64,000 nucleotides of DNA, taken from NCBI GenBank assembly GCA_963743915.1, contig CAVURN010000002.1, positions 448,001-512,000 of the forward strand, written 5' to 3'. This document shows positions 55,300-64,000 of the stretch, piece after piece; positions within the stretch are counted from its first letter, which is position 1, and each line of letters starts with the position of its first letter. The position numbers and the translations under genes were made by a program. The notes under the pieces were generated by a model. That model was given only the letters and a program-made list of their open reading frames with translations, made no database searches and was not told the origin of the DNA. This DNA is from an uncultured Actinomycetota bacterium. GTDB lineage: Bacteria > Actinomycetota > Actinomycetes > JAHEKZ01.

Positions 55300-56915
55300 G
55301 TGACGCGCGACCGCCGCCTGGGACAGCTCGACTACATGCGCGTCGAGATCGGTGCCCGGGTCACCGCCCTGGTGCTCGTCTTCATGGTGTCCGCCGTCAC
55401 CGGCGGCCTCGAGGGCCGGCCCTGGCAGCTGCTGCTCCTCGTACCGCTCGCCGTCGTCGCCGTGCTGCCGGTGGACAACGCCTCTCTGCGGCGATGGCGA
55501 CCGCTCGCCGAGGCCTGTCGTCGCCGCGCTGCTCGTGGCTGCCTCCGACCCCTACGAGCCTGCCCTGCTGCCGTACCTGGTCGTCCCCAGCCTCTCCGCG
55601 GGGCTGATCGGAGGATGGTCGCTGGCCGTCATCACGTCGGGCGCGACCGGGCTCGTCCTCATGAGCCGGGGCCTGGTGATCCCCGACGGTCTGGCGGGGA
55701 CCGAGTACCTGGTCGACATCACCCAGTGGACCCTGTTGGCCCTCGCCTTCGGGCTGCTTGCCGCGTGGCTGCGGCGCGTGCAGACTCCACGTCCGAACGA
55801 TGACCAGAGCTACCTCGAGGCCACGCGGTTGCTGATCCAGCTGCGCGACGTCTCCCGCGAGCTCTCCGGAGGCCTGGACGCCATCTCGATCGCGGGGGGC
55901 TCCTGGACCGCCTCCACAAGGATGTCGGTGCTGATCGAGGCTGGGTCTTCGGCTACCACGAGGGTGGGGTGCCCGTGATGCTGGCGGCCTGGCCGCCCGG
56001 CGAGGCCGCCATCGACCCCGACCTCGACGCACGGACGGTCTGGACCCGTGCCGTTGCACAGCGGCGTGGCGCAGAGCGCCTCACGCGGCTTCACCGCCGA
56101 CCCCAGCATGTCGGCCGTCGTGGCTCCCCTCCGCGTCCAGGACACGACCGTGGGCCTGGTGGCGCTGGAGCGCCGAGGACGTGGCTGGGACGAGCCGTCC
56201 ATGGTCCAGCTGCAGAGGCTCGCCGATGTCGATGCCGTGCGGATCGACGCGTCCCTGCTCTTCGACGAGGTACGGAGCCTGGCCGCCACCGAGGAACGCC
56301 AGCGTGTGGCACGCGAGATCCACGACGGCATCGCACAGGAGGTCGCCTCCCTCGGCTACCTGATCGACGACCTGACGGCCAGGGCTGCGCCTGACGCCAA
56401 GCCACAGCTCCAGCAGCTCCGGGCGGAGCTCACGCGGATCGTCACCGAGCTCCGCTTCTCGATCTTCGACCTGCGACGCGAGATCGGCCCGGGCGTGAGC
56501 CTGACGTCGGCCCTCGCCGAGCACGCCCGGCACGTCGGTGCGACCTCGGGCATCACCGTGCACCTCGAGCTGTCCGAGGCTCCACGTCGCCTGCGCAGTA
56601 CATGTGGAGTCCGAGCTGTTCCGGATCGCCCAGGAGGCCATCGCCAACGCCCGCAAGCACGCCCGGGCTCAGAACCTCTGGGTCACCTGCCTGGTGGACG
56701 CCCCTGATGTGTACCTTCGCATCGAGGACGACGGTCGAGGGATTGTTCCCGGCCGAGAGGACAGCTTCGGGATGGCCATCATGTCCGAGCGCGCACAGCG
56801 CGCGTCCTGCGTGTTGAGCGTCTCTGGCCGGCCGGGCGGAGGCACCTCGGTGGTCGTCCAGCACGCCGGGGCGGAGGGGGTGGTGGCGCATGACGATTCG
56901 CGTGCTGCTCGTTGA
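55300..56915 (+). CDS. Membrane GAF sensor histidine kinase (HisKA_3), with frameshifts
   Basis: TM segments, EERQRVAREIHDGIAQ, RIAQEAIANARKHA, IEDDGRG, FGMAIMSERA. Confidence 0.88.
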
Positions 56916-57531
56916 CGACCATCAGCTGATCCGAGAGGGCCTCGGTCGGGCCTTCGACCGGGCCGGAGACTTCGAGGTGGTGGGCGAGGCCAGCTCGGTG
57001 GCCGAAGCGGGAGAGCTTCTCGCCAGCCTGGAGCCGGACGTCGTCATCTTCGACGTCCGGCTCCCGGACGGCAGCGGACTCGACGCGGTGAAGGCTGCTC
57101 GGGCGGCGAACGCCGACCTCGGGATCGTCGTCCTCACGATGTACGCCGGTGACGACCAGCTCTTCGGTGCCCTCGACGCCGGCGCCTCGGCCTTCGTGCC
57201 GAAGGACGCGCCCGCCGAGGACGTCGTCATCGCCGCCCGGCACGCGGCTCGTTCGCCCCGCTCCTTCACCGCCCCGGACCTCGCCGATGCCATGCGCCGG
57301 CGGATGTCACCCTCCGGCCCTCAGCTCTCGCCCCGGGAGAAGGAGGTGCTCGACCTGCTGGCCGAGGGGCTCGGCGTCGCGCAGATCTCGCGTCGGCTCT
57401 TCATCAGCGACTCGACGACCAAGACCCACATCTCCAAGCTCTACGAGAAGCTCGGGGCGGGAAACCGGGCCCAGGCGATCATGGCGGCGCTCAAGCAGGG
57501 GCTCATCGAGCCGCCCGAGGTCGATCGCTGA
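56890..57531 (+). CDS. NarL/LuxR family response regulator
   Basis: LLVDDH, FDVRLPD, LSPREKEVL...TTKTHISKLYEKLG. Confidence 0.95.
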   Translation: MTIRVLLVDDHQLIREGLGRAFDRAGDFEVVGEASSVAEAGELLASLEPDVVIFDVRLPDGSGLDAVKAARAANADLGIVVLTMYAGDDQLFGALDAGASAFVPKDAPAEDVVIAARHAARSPRSFTAPDLADAMRRRMSPSGPQLSPREKEVLDLLAEGLGVAQISRRLFISDSTTKTHISKLYEKLGAGNRAQAIMAALKQGLIEPPEVDR

Positions 57532-57741
57532 GGGGCGGGCGAAAGCGCTCCGTAGCCGAAAGTTACGGCGTATCACCCATTTGGGGGTCATCCGAACGTC
57601 CAGGGTTTGCCGAACTGGCAGCCGATACCTCCGAGCGTGCCTCACCCTCATCCTTGTCGGACCGGGGCCTGAAGGGGGGCCCGGACGAACCGAGTAGCTC
57701 GGGGACTACGGCACTTCAAAGGCCACGGAAGGAACATCCAC

Positions 57742-57979
57742 ATGATTCGCTTTGTCCGCCAGATCCAGACCCGCAACACCGACGAGGGCGCCTCCGCCGT
57801 TGAGTACGGCCTCCTCGTCGCCGCCATCGCGGCCATCATCGTCCTGCTCGTCTTCGCGGTCGGCAAGTTCGTCAAGGGCGGCTTCCAGGAGACCTGTGAC
57901 GGCATCGAAGACGAGGCGGCACGGCACCAGCGGCATCGGCGACGCCTGCTCGACCGTGCAGCCCGATCACGATCAGTGA
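57742..57979 (+). CDS. flp: Flp (type IVb) pilin, 3' end disrupted by an indel
   Basis: DEGASAVEYGLLVAAIAAIIV Flp motif; RBS GGAAGGA. Confidence 0.9.
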
Positions 57980-58019
57980 AGCGGGGTGAGCCGGCGACGA
58001 GCCGGTCCACCCGCTTCAT
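57976..58019 (+). terminator. Hairpin between the two flp genes
   Basis: GTGAAGCGGG...CCGGC-GACGA-GCCGG...CCCGCTTCAT. Confidence 0.55.
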
Positions 58020-58023
58020 CGTC

Positions 58024-58292
58024 ATGAGAGGTGTCTGCGGTGGAGACGGCTCGATCGCAGCATGCGACCATCGTGATCGCGATCGAGGGCGCCTCAGCAG
58101 TCGAGTACGGGCCTCGATCGTCGGCGGCCATCGCCGCGGTGATCATCGTGACGGTCGTCTTCGCCATCGGCGACTCACGTCGACAGGGCATGTTCCAGCG
58201 AGCACCTGCGACAGAGATCGACGCGGAGCACAGGACCAGCCCGCGACCTGCTCGAGGTCTGACCACGCCACGCCTGTCGGCCACGAGCTGCC
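58024..58292 (+). CDS. flp: Second Flp pilin, heavily garbled (poor sequence or pseudogene); boundaries approximate
   Basis: EGASAVEYG at 58085-58111, followed by AAIAAVII..VFAIG. Confidence 0.6.
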
Positions 58293-59425
58293 CTAGCCCA
58301 ACAAGCCCCCGCAGCCGCTCCACCTGCTGCTCCCACGACCACTCCTGCTGCACCCACTCGCGTCCGGCCTCACCCGTCCGTCGGCGCAGCTCGTCGTCCT
58401 CCAGCACGGTGACCAGCCGGTCGACGACCTCCGCCGCCGCACCTGGCCCGGCCGGGACCACCCAGCCCGTCTCCCCCGGCCGCACGGCATCGGGGGCGCC
58501 ACCGGAGTCGCCGGCCACCACCGGCAGACCCGTGGCGGACGCCTCGAGGTACACGATCCCGAGCCCCTCGACGTCCAGGCCCCGTCGTCGCGTGCGGCAC
58601 GGCATCGCGAAGACGTCGCCAGCCGCGTAGTGCGCCGGAAGCTCGGCCCACGGCACAGATCCGGTCAGCACGATGTCGTCGCCCCAGCTGGACGCCGCCG
58701 CCATCTCCTGCAGCTTCTTGCGGTAGGGCCCGCCGCCCACCAGCAGCAGCGCGGCGTCCGGAACCCGCCGCTTCAGCGCAGGGAACGCGCTGATCAGCGT
58801 GTCCTGGCCCTTGCGCGCATGAGGCGCGACACGCACACCACCACCGGCCGCTCCCCCAGCCCGTAGCGCGCGCGGATCGGACTGCGCCGTCGGCGTCGGG
58901 TCGAAACAGCTCCGCATCCACGCCGGGCGTGAGCCGCACCATCCGGGCCGCGGCCGCAGGCGTGAGCGCCGGCCCGATCCGACGCCTGGTGTACTCGCCG
59001 AGGTAGGTGACCACGTCGACGCCGTCGCCGATCCGCCGCAGCATCTGCCTGGCGGCGGGCAGCTGCGCCCAGCCGGCCTCGTGACCGTGGGTGAGTGCGA
59101 CGATCCGGGACGCCCCCGCGTCCCGCAGCGCCGGTCCGAGCAGGCCCAGCGGCGCGGCGGCGCCGAACAGCACGGCGTCGCAGCCGCGCGACCGAAGCAG
59201 CTCCTGGGCCCGGCGTCGGACGCGCGGGGTCGGCAGCAGGACGGACGTGTCCTCGCGCACGACCTCGAAGGGCTGCTCGCGATCGAACTCCTCCCACCCC
59301 TTCCACCGGGAGGCATAGACCACCACGTCGGCCGGATCGAACCGCCGCAGCAGCTCGTGGACGAACGTCTGGATGCCGCCGGGACGAGGGGGGAAGTCGT
59401 TCGTGACGACGAGCACCCGCGTCAT
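58293..59425 (-). CDS. Family 4 glycosyltransferase (PimB'-like), with frameshifts
   Basis: VVTNDFPPRPGGIQ, THGHE, RKGQD, VEGLGIVYLEASATG. Confidence 0.9.
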
Positions 59426-60722
59426 CGGCTGTCCTCCGGCGCCAGCGGTGCCGGGACGGCGGTGCCGTTCTCTGCCGCCCACGCGCGGGCCGTGGCCAAC
59501 CGCGCCGCTGCCGTCGGATGCGTTCCGAACCACCGGTACACCCAGGGGTTCGGCGTCACGTCCGACTTGGACGCCAGCGCCAGGCGTCGCTGCATCTCGG
59601 CGAACGACTGCGGGTCGGCCGTCAGGTCGAGGGCGTGCACGTCCGCGCGCGCTTCGACCTGACGGCTGGCGGCGCTCTGCATCGGGGTCGACACGAACGA
59701 CACCACCGCGACGAAGGCGAGCAGGAAGGCGATCACCCGCCCGTCTCCGACCCCGTCGGCACCGGTCAGGCGCTCGAGCGGCAGCCAACCGGCCAACAGG
59801 AACAGCAGCACGATCGCGAACGCCGCCCCCAGGGCCCCGATCGCGGTGCCGCCCCAGACGTCGCGCTCCTTGACGTGGCCGAGCTCGTGCGCGACCACCG
59901 ACTCGACCTCGGATGCGGGCGCCTGGTCGAGCAGGGTGTCGTACACGACGATCCGGCGGCTGCTGCCGAATCCGGACACGTAGGCGTTCAAGGTGGTCGT
60001 GCGTCGACTCGCGTCCGCGACGAGCACGTCGTCCACCGGGACGCCGTCGCGCTCGGCCAGCGCCATCAGGCTCGTGCGCAGCTCCCCGTCCGGCATCGGG
60101 GTGAACTTGTTGAACAGCGGCTCGACCACCAGCGGGTAGGCGAACGAGACGGCCACGACCAGGACGGCGGCACCGGCGGCGCCGGCCGCCCACCACCAGT
60201 CCGGCCAGCGTCGCGCCAGGCCCACCAGCGCCGCGAGCGCCAGCAGGGTCAGCACCGCGCCGACCCCGAAGCCCTTGGCGACGTCGAGCAGCCACGACGC
60301 CCCAGGTGCGCGTCGACAGGCCCTCGTCGCGTCGCACCGACTCCGCCCACGCGCCGAACGGCAGCGTGACCAGGCGGACGACCAGGAGCAGCACCAGGCC
60401 ACCGAGGGTGACCTGCCAGAACCATCCACCGCCCAGCGGCTTGGCGACGGCGGCCGACGAGCCGCGCACCCCACGGCGTCAGTCCCAGGGCGACGGTGAG
60501 CGCCAGACCGACGCCGAGCGAGGTGAGTCCCGGCACCAGCAGCAGGCGCGCCAGCCGGTCGCCGACCGCGATCTCGCCGGCGGTGAAGTCGCCTGCCACG
60601 TCCGGCGTCACGCTGCCCGTGGCGTCGTGGGCAGCCCCCCACGGGATGAGCGCCCAGAAGGTCACCACCAGCGCGACCCCGAGCAGCACGAGGGCTCCGA
60701 GCGCGGCGCCCCGCGGCGTCAC
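59422..60722 (-). CDS. M48 (Ste24-like) metallopeptidase, with frameshifts
   Basis: NAYVSG, YDTLL, AHELGH, EARAD, THP. Confidence 0.88.
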
Positions 60723-61937
60723 GCGGCCGCTCGCAGCCATTCCTGCCACTGACGCAGCAGCGTGCCGGCGTCGGTGTCCAGCACCCGGGCGGCTGCTCGG
60801 TCGAGCCGCTCGTCGGCCGAGCCGGACCCCCTCGCCACCGCGGCGTAGAACGGCACGAGCGTGTCCTCGCCGTACCGGTCGGCGACCATGCGGCAGAACG
60901 ACCAGCCCTGCTGATAGGCGATCGCGCGTGATTCGGCGGACCCGTCGAGGGCGAAGGCCGCGTCGGTCGGCCAGGACGTCGGGGGTCCGGACGCGCGGAC
61001 GTCCGCCAGCAGCTCGCGGCCGATCCACGCATCGCTGAATCCGGTGCCCCGGTAGCCGACGTACTCGGCGATGCCCTCGACCAGCCACACCGGCACTTCC
61101 CCGCGCGGCAGCGCGTCCTGGGCGACGTGGGTGATCTCATGGCGCGCCACGATCTCGCGGGCGAGCTCAGGCATCTGGTCGTACACCTCGGGGTTGAACA
61201 TCACCCGGATCACCGTGCCGTGCTTGGCGGCTCGCCACAGCGTCACGGCGACCTGCTCGCTGCCGTCGCGCGTCTCGACGAGCGGGTCGAGCAGCCGGGG
61301 GCTCGAGGGGAGCACCACCACCACGGTCCCGGGCCACGGAGCGGACCAGAAGTCCGCCACCTCTGCCCGCGCCCGCTCAGCGGCGTCGGCGAGCGGCTGC
61401 AGGCGGGCATCACCGCGACGACCCAGCACCAGCACCTCGCCGGCGCGGGCGGCGTCCACCGGCTCGTGGTCCCAGAGATCCTGACCGGACCCGGTCAGCG
61501 CCACCAGCTGCGGCCCTCGGGGCGTCAGCCGGAAGGTCGCGCGCGCCGTGCGACCGACGAGCACGTCGTCCACCGCCAGCCGGTACTCGACGACGGCGCG
61601 GGCGGTGAACCGGCCGCTGGCCACCTTCTCGGCGGTCGGACGACTGGTCTCGGCGAGCCGGACGCGGAAGCTGCGGAACGGCACGCCGGCCAAGGCGTCC
61701 TGCCCACCCCCGAGCAACGAGGCACCTCGGGTGCGGAGCTGCTCATGGGCGAAGGCGGCCGTCAGCTGCTCGACCGCGGTGCGCTCGCCTGCCGCGAGCC
61801 GGTCAGCGAACCACCCGGTGGCGGCGGGCGCAGGATCGCTGTCGCGTCGGTCGCCGAGGGCGAAACCAGCGGCCCCACCGGCCAGCAGGGCCATGCGCCA
61901 CCACCGCGGCGAGGGCGATCAGCGGGCGACGGGTCAC
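60719..61937 (-). CDS. Secreted HEXXH peptidase-like protein (Rv2189c-like), 5' indel
   Basis: RHEITH, WLVEGIAEYV, AYQQGW; the signal peptide begins at GTG 61937 in a shifted frame. Confidence 0.7.
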
Positions 61938-62013
61938 GCGTCGATGGTAGGCACTGGGCCCACCCGACAGCGCGCCGACCAGGGGCGATCCCCCGTCTGC
62001 GCGCCGTGCTGGG

Positions 62014-63063
62014 TCAGACCCGACCGGCGCCCATGTAGACCGACTGCCAGTAGCTGCTGAACAGTCCCTCCATCACGACGCCGTCACCCGGGTTGGCCGC
62101 GTGCACGAACATGCCACCGCCGACGTAGATGCCGACGTGGTGCAGGTCGCTGTAGAAGAAGACGAGGTCGCCGGGGATCAGGCTGCCCGAGTCGACGCGG
62201 CTGGTGGCCGCGTACTGACCGCTGGCGGCGTGCGGCAGGTAGACGCCGACCTGCCCCCAGGCGGCCATGGTGAGCCCGGAGCAGTCGAACGCGCTCGGAC
62301 CAGCGGCCCCGAACACGTAGGGCTTGCCGACCTGGGCCCGGGCGAAGTTGGCCGCGGTGACGCCGCGGCCGCTGCCGGAGGTGCTGGTGATCGCCGGGGC
62401 CGCGGTTGTAGTTGCGGGCGGTCGCGGCGGCGGCGTCGGCTCGTTCGGCCTGCAGCTCGGCCAGCCGCTCGCGCTCCTCGCGCTTGAGGCGGGAGAGCAG
62501 CTCCTCGGCCTCGGCCAGCTTGGCGTCGGCGCTGGTCCTTCTCCTTCTGCGGCCTCGGCCTCGAGCTCACGGAGACGGGCGAGCTCCTGGTCGGCCCGCA
62601 CCTTGGCCTGCTCGAGGGCAAGGGCCGCGGTCTCGGCGCGACGGAGGTCGGCGTCCTGGCTGCGCATCACCTGGTCGAGCGACTGCGCCTGCAGCAGGAA
62701 GTCCTGGGGCTCGGTCGAGAACATCATCTGCATCGACGGGTCGATCCCACCGCTGGCGTACATGTCGGCGGCGACGTCGGCGATCACCTGGTGGAGCTTC
62801 TCGAAGTCACGCTCCTGCCGGACGATGTCGTCGCGGATCCGCTCGAGGCGGGCGCGGGCGTCGTCGACCTCGAGGGCGATGGTGTGGGCCCGCTCGGTGG
62901 CGGCCTCCGCCTCTTCGTAGAGGGCGTCGACCCGCTGCTGCACCTCTTCGATGCTGAGGTCGGGATCGGCGGTCCCCGTACCGGGGACCAACGCGATGGC
63001 GGTGATGCTGAGAACGGCTGTTGCGAGCAGGCTGCCTGCGCGCGTCAATCGGCGGGTCGCCAT
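62014..63063 (-). CDS. NlpC/P60 (C40) peptidoglycan endopeptidase with coiled coil
   Basis: Signal peptide, GKPYVFGAAGPSAFDCSGL, HVGIY, HAAN. Confidence 0.93.
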   Translation of the reverse strand: MATRRLTRAGSLLATAVLSITAIALVPGTGTADPDLSIEEVQQRVDALYEEAEAATERAHTIALEVDDARARLERIRDDIVRQERDFEKLHQVIADVAADMYASGGIDPSMQMMFSTEPQDFLLQAQSLDQVMRSQDADLRRAETAALALEQAKVRADQELARLRELEAEAAEGEGPAPTPSWPRPRSCSPASSARSASGWPSCRPNEPTPPPRPPATTTAAPAITSTSGSGRGVTAANFARAQVGKPYVFGAAGPSAFDCSGLTMAAWGQVGVYLPHAASGQYAATSRVDSGSLIPGDLVFFYSDLHHVGIYVGGGMFVHAANPGDGVVMEGLFSSYWQSVYMGAGRV

Positions 63064-63079
63064 TAAGGCGGCTCTCCTC

Positions 63080-63236
63080 TTCCTCGTCCGTCTACCGGGT
63101 GAGCTGACGGGCTCGGGCGGGGAAGGCGCCCTACGGCACCGGTAGGTGCCGATTCGCCCCGGGGACTTGGTTCCCCGGCTCCAGCGCTACGGCTCCTCCC
63201 CCGAATGGGGAGCTGCACCGCTGAACTCGACGGGAG
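63080..63236 (-). ncRNA. c-di-AMP (ydaO/yuaA) riboswitch
   Basis: Minus strand GGGGAACC...GGGGCGAATC...GTAGGG...CCCGAGCCCGTCAGCTCACCCGGTAG, upstream of an NlpC/P60 gene. Confidence 0.9.
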
Positions 63237-63306
63237 CCCACGTCGACGTCGGGTACGGCGATGGCCGTGAGCTCACCGAGCACCCTAGTAACGGAACGGC
63301 AACGGA

Positions 63307-63546
63307 TCAAACTGCCTCCGTGTGTGAGCCCGGTGTGTCGCTCGTCACACTCGGTGACTCTTCGGCCACGGACGGTGCCTCCGCCGCGACCAGGCGCAGG
63401 GGCGGGACGAGGCCGGCCTCGGCCAGGACGCCCAGGGCCTGCTGCTCGTCGGCGTGCAGCTGGGGTGGCGCCCCGAGCAGCACCGCCACGACGCAGTCGC
63501 CGCAGGCGTGTCCCCGTACCTGGCAGCCGTCGCACTCGATGATCAT
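63307..63546 (-). CDS. Small conserved Cys-rich hypothetical protein
   Basis: MIIECDGCQVRGHACGDCVV...ALGVLAEAGLVPPLRL; RBS GAGGAG. Confidence 0.75.
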   Translation of the reverse strand: MIIECDGCQVRGHACGDCVVAVLLGAPPQLHADEQQALGVLAEAGLVPPLRLVAAEAPSVAEESPSVTSDTPGSHTEAV

Positions 63547-63568
63547 GGTCGGCTCCTCGCTCGATCTC

Positions 63569-63913
63569 TCATGAGCGGGACGCTAGACCGGGCCTCCGAC
63601 AGCCCCTGGGACGACCGGACCCGTCACACGTCCGCCGAGGCCCTCGCCGGGGCTCGGCGGGGCGCGCCACCAGCTCGACCACCCCACCGCCGGCGCACCA
63701 GCGGCAGCTGACCGACTCGATCTCGCCGGCCAGGGTCTGGGACTCCTCGACCACCGGCGAGCCGGACAGCTCCTGGTGCCAGAACTCGCGGGTGCGGCTC
63801 ACCCGCACCACGTCGAAACGGGTCAGGTTGCCGCACTGCGCGCAGCGCCAGCGGGTCTGCTCATCGGGGGCCGCGACGGCCACAGGACCTCCTCGGGGGT
63901 GATTCGCCTCCAC
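63569..63913 (-). CDS. Conserved zinc-ribbon hypothetical protein
   Basis: WRCAQCGNLTRFDV...CRWC. Confidence 0.75.
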   Translation of the reverse strand: MEANHPRGGPVAVAAPDEQTRWRCAQCGNLTRFDVVRVSRTREFWHQELSGSPVVEESQTLAGEIESVSCRWCAGGGVVELVARPAEPRRGPRRTCDGSGRPRGCRRPGLASRS

Positions 63914-64000
63914 CTTACGAGCCGGGGGCCGGAGCCGCGGTCATGCCTCGGCGTGGCTGCCTCCGTTGTCGGAGGAGACACCTAGCGTCAGTCACGTGAC

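Noticed and set aside
57530-57720. c-di-GMP-I/II riboswitch upstream of flp
   Set aside because: GAAA-containing hairpins are present, but the conserved core motifs could not be matched.

Overview
High-GC actinobacterial chromosomal region, largely syntenic with the conserved idsA/Rv2175c/pknL/aroG/plsC/ArsA/SRPBCC/pimB'/NlpC-P60 block known from mycobacteria and streptomycetes. Many genes are broken by single-base indels, most likely long-read assembly errors. From left to right it contains: (1) a LexA-boxed mutagenesis cassette, DUF6504-like / HEPN / dnaE2 / dinB, with no imuA or imuB in the cassette; (2) a carotenoid cluster (crtA-like, cruF, glycosyltransferase, crtD-like, crtE, crtI, crtB, heterodimeric crtY); (3) a PASTA kinase and nfo; (4) a class I DAHP synthase preceded by an unannotated leader peptide containing Tyr-Tyr-Tyr-Trp-Phe, with terminator and antiterminator; (5) ada-alkA and ogt, a class II DAHP synthase, pfkA, glpK, an Lrp regulator plus class III aminotransferase, and plsC; (6) two convergent TadE/TadG pseudopilin pairs; (7) a Tad/Flp pilus locus that embeds a REC-like/GAF protein, a stand-alone DnaB-type ATPase domain and a two-component system, with sigma28/WhiG-like promoter motifs; (8) a c-di-AMP riboswitch upstream of an NlpC/P60 hydrolase. 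All calls come from reading motifs by eye; no database searches were run.
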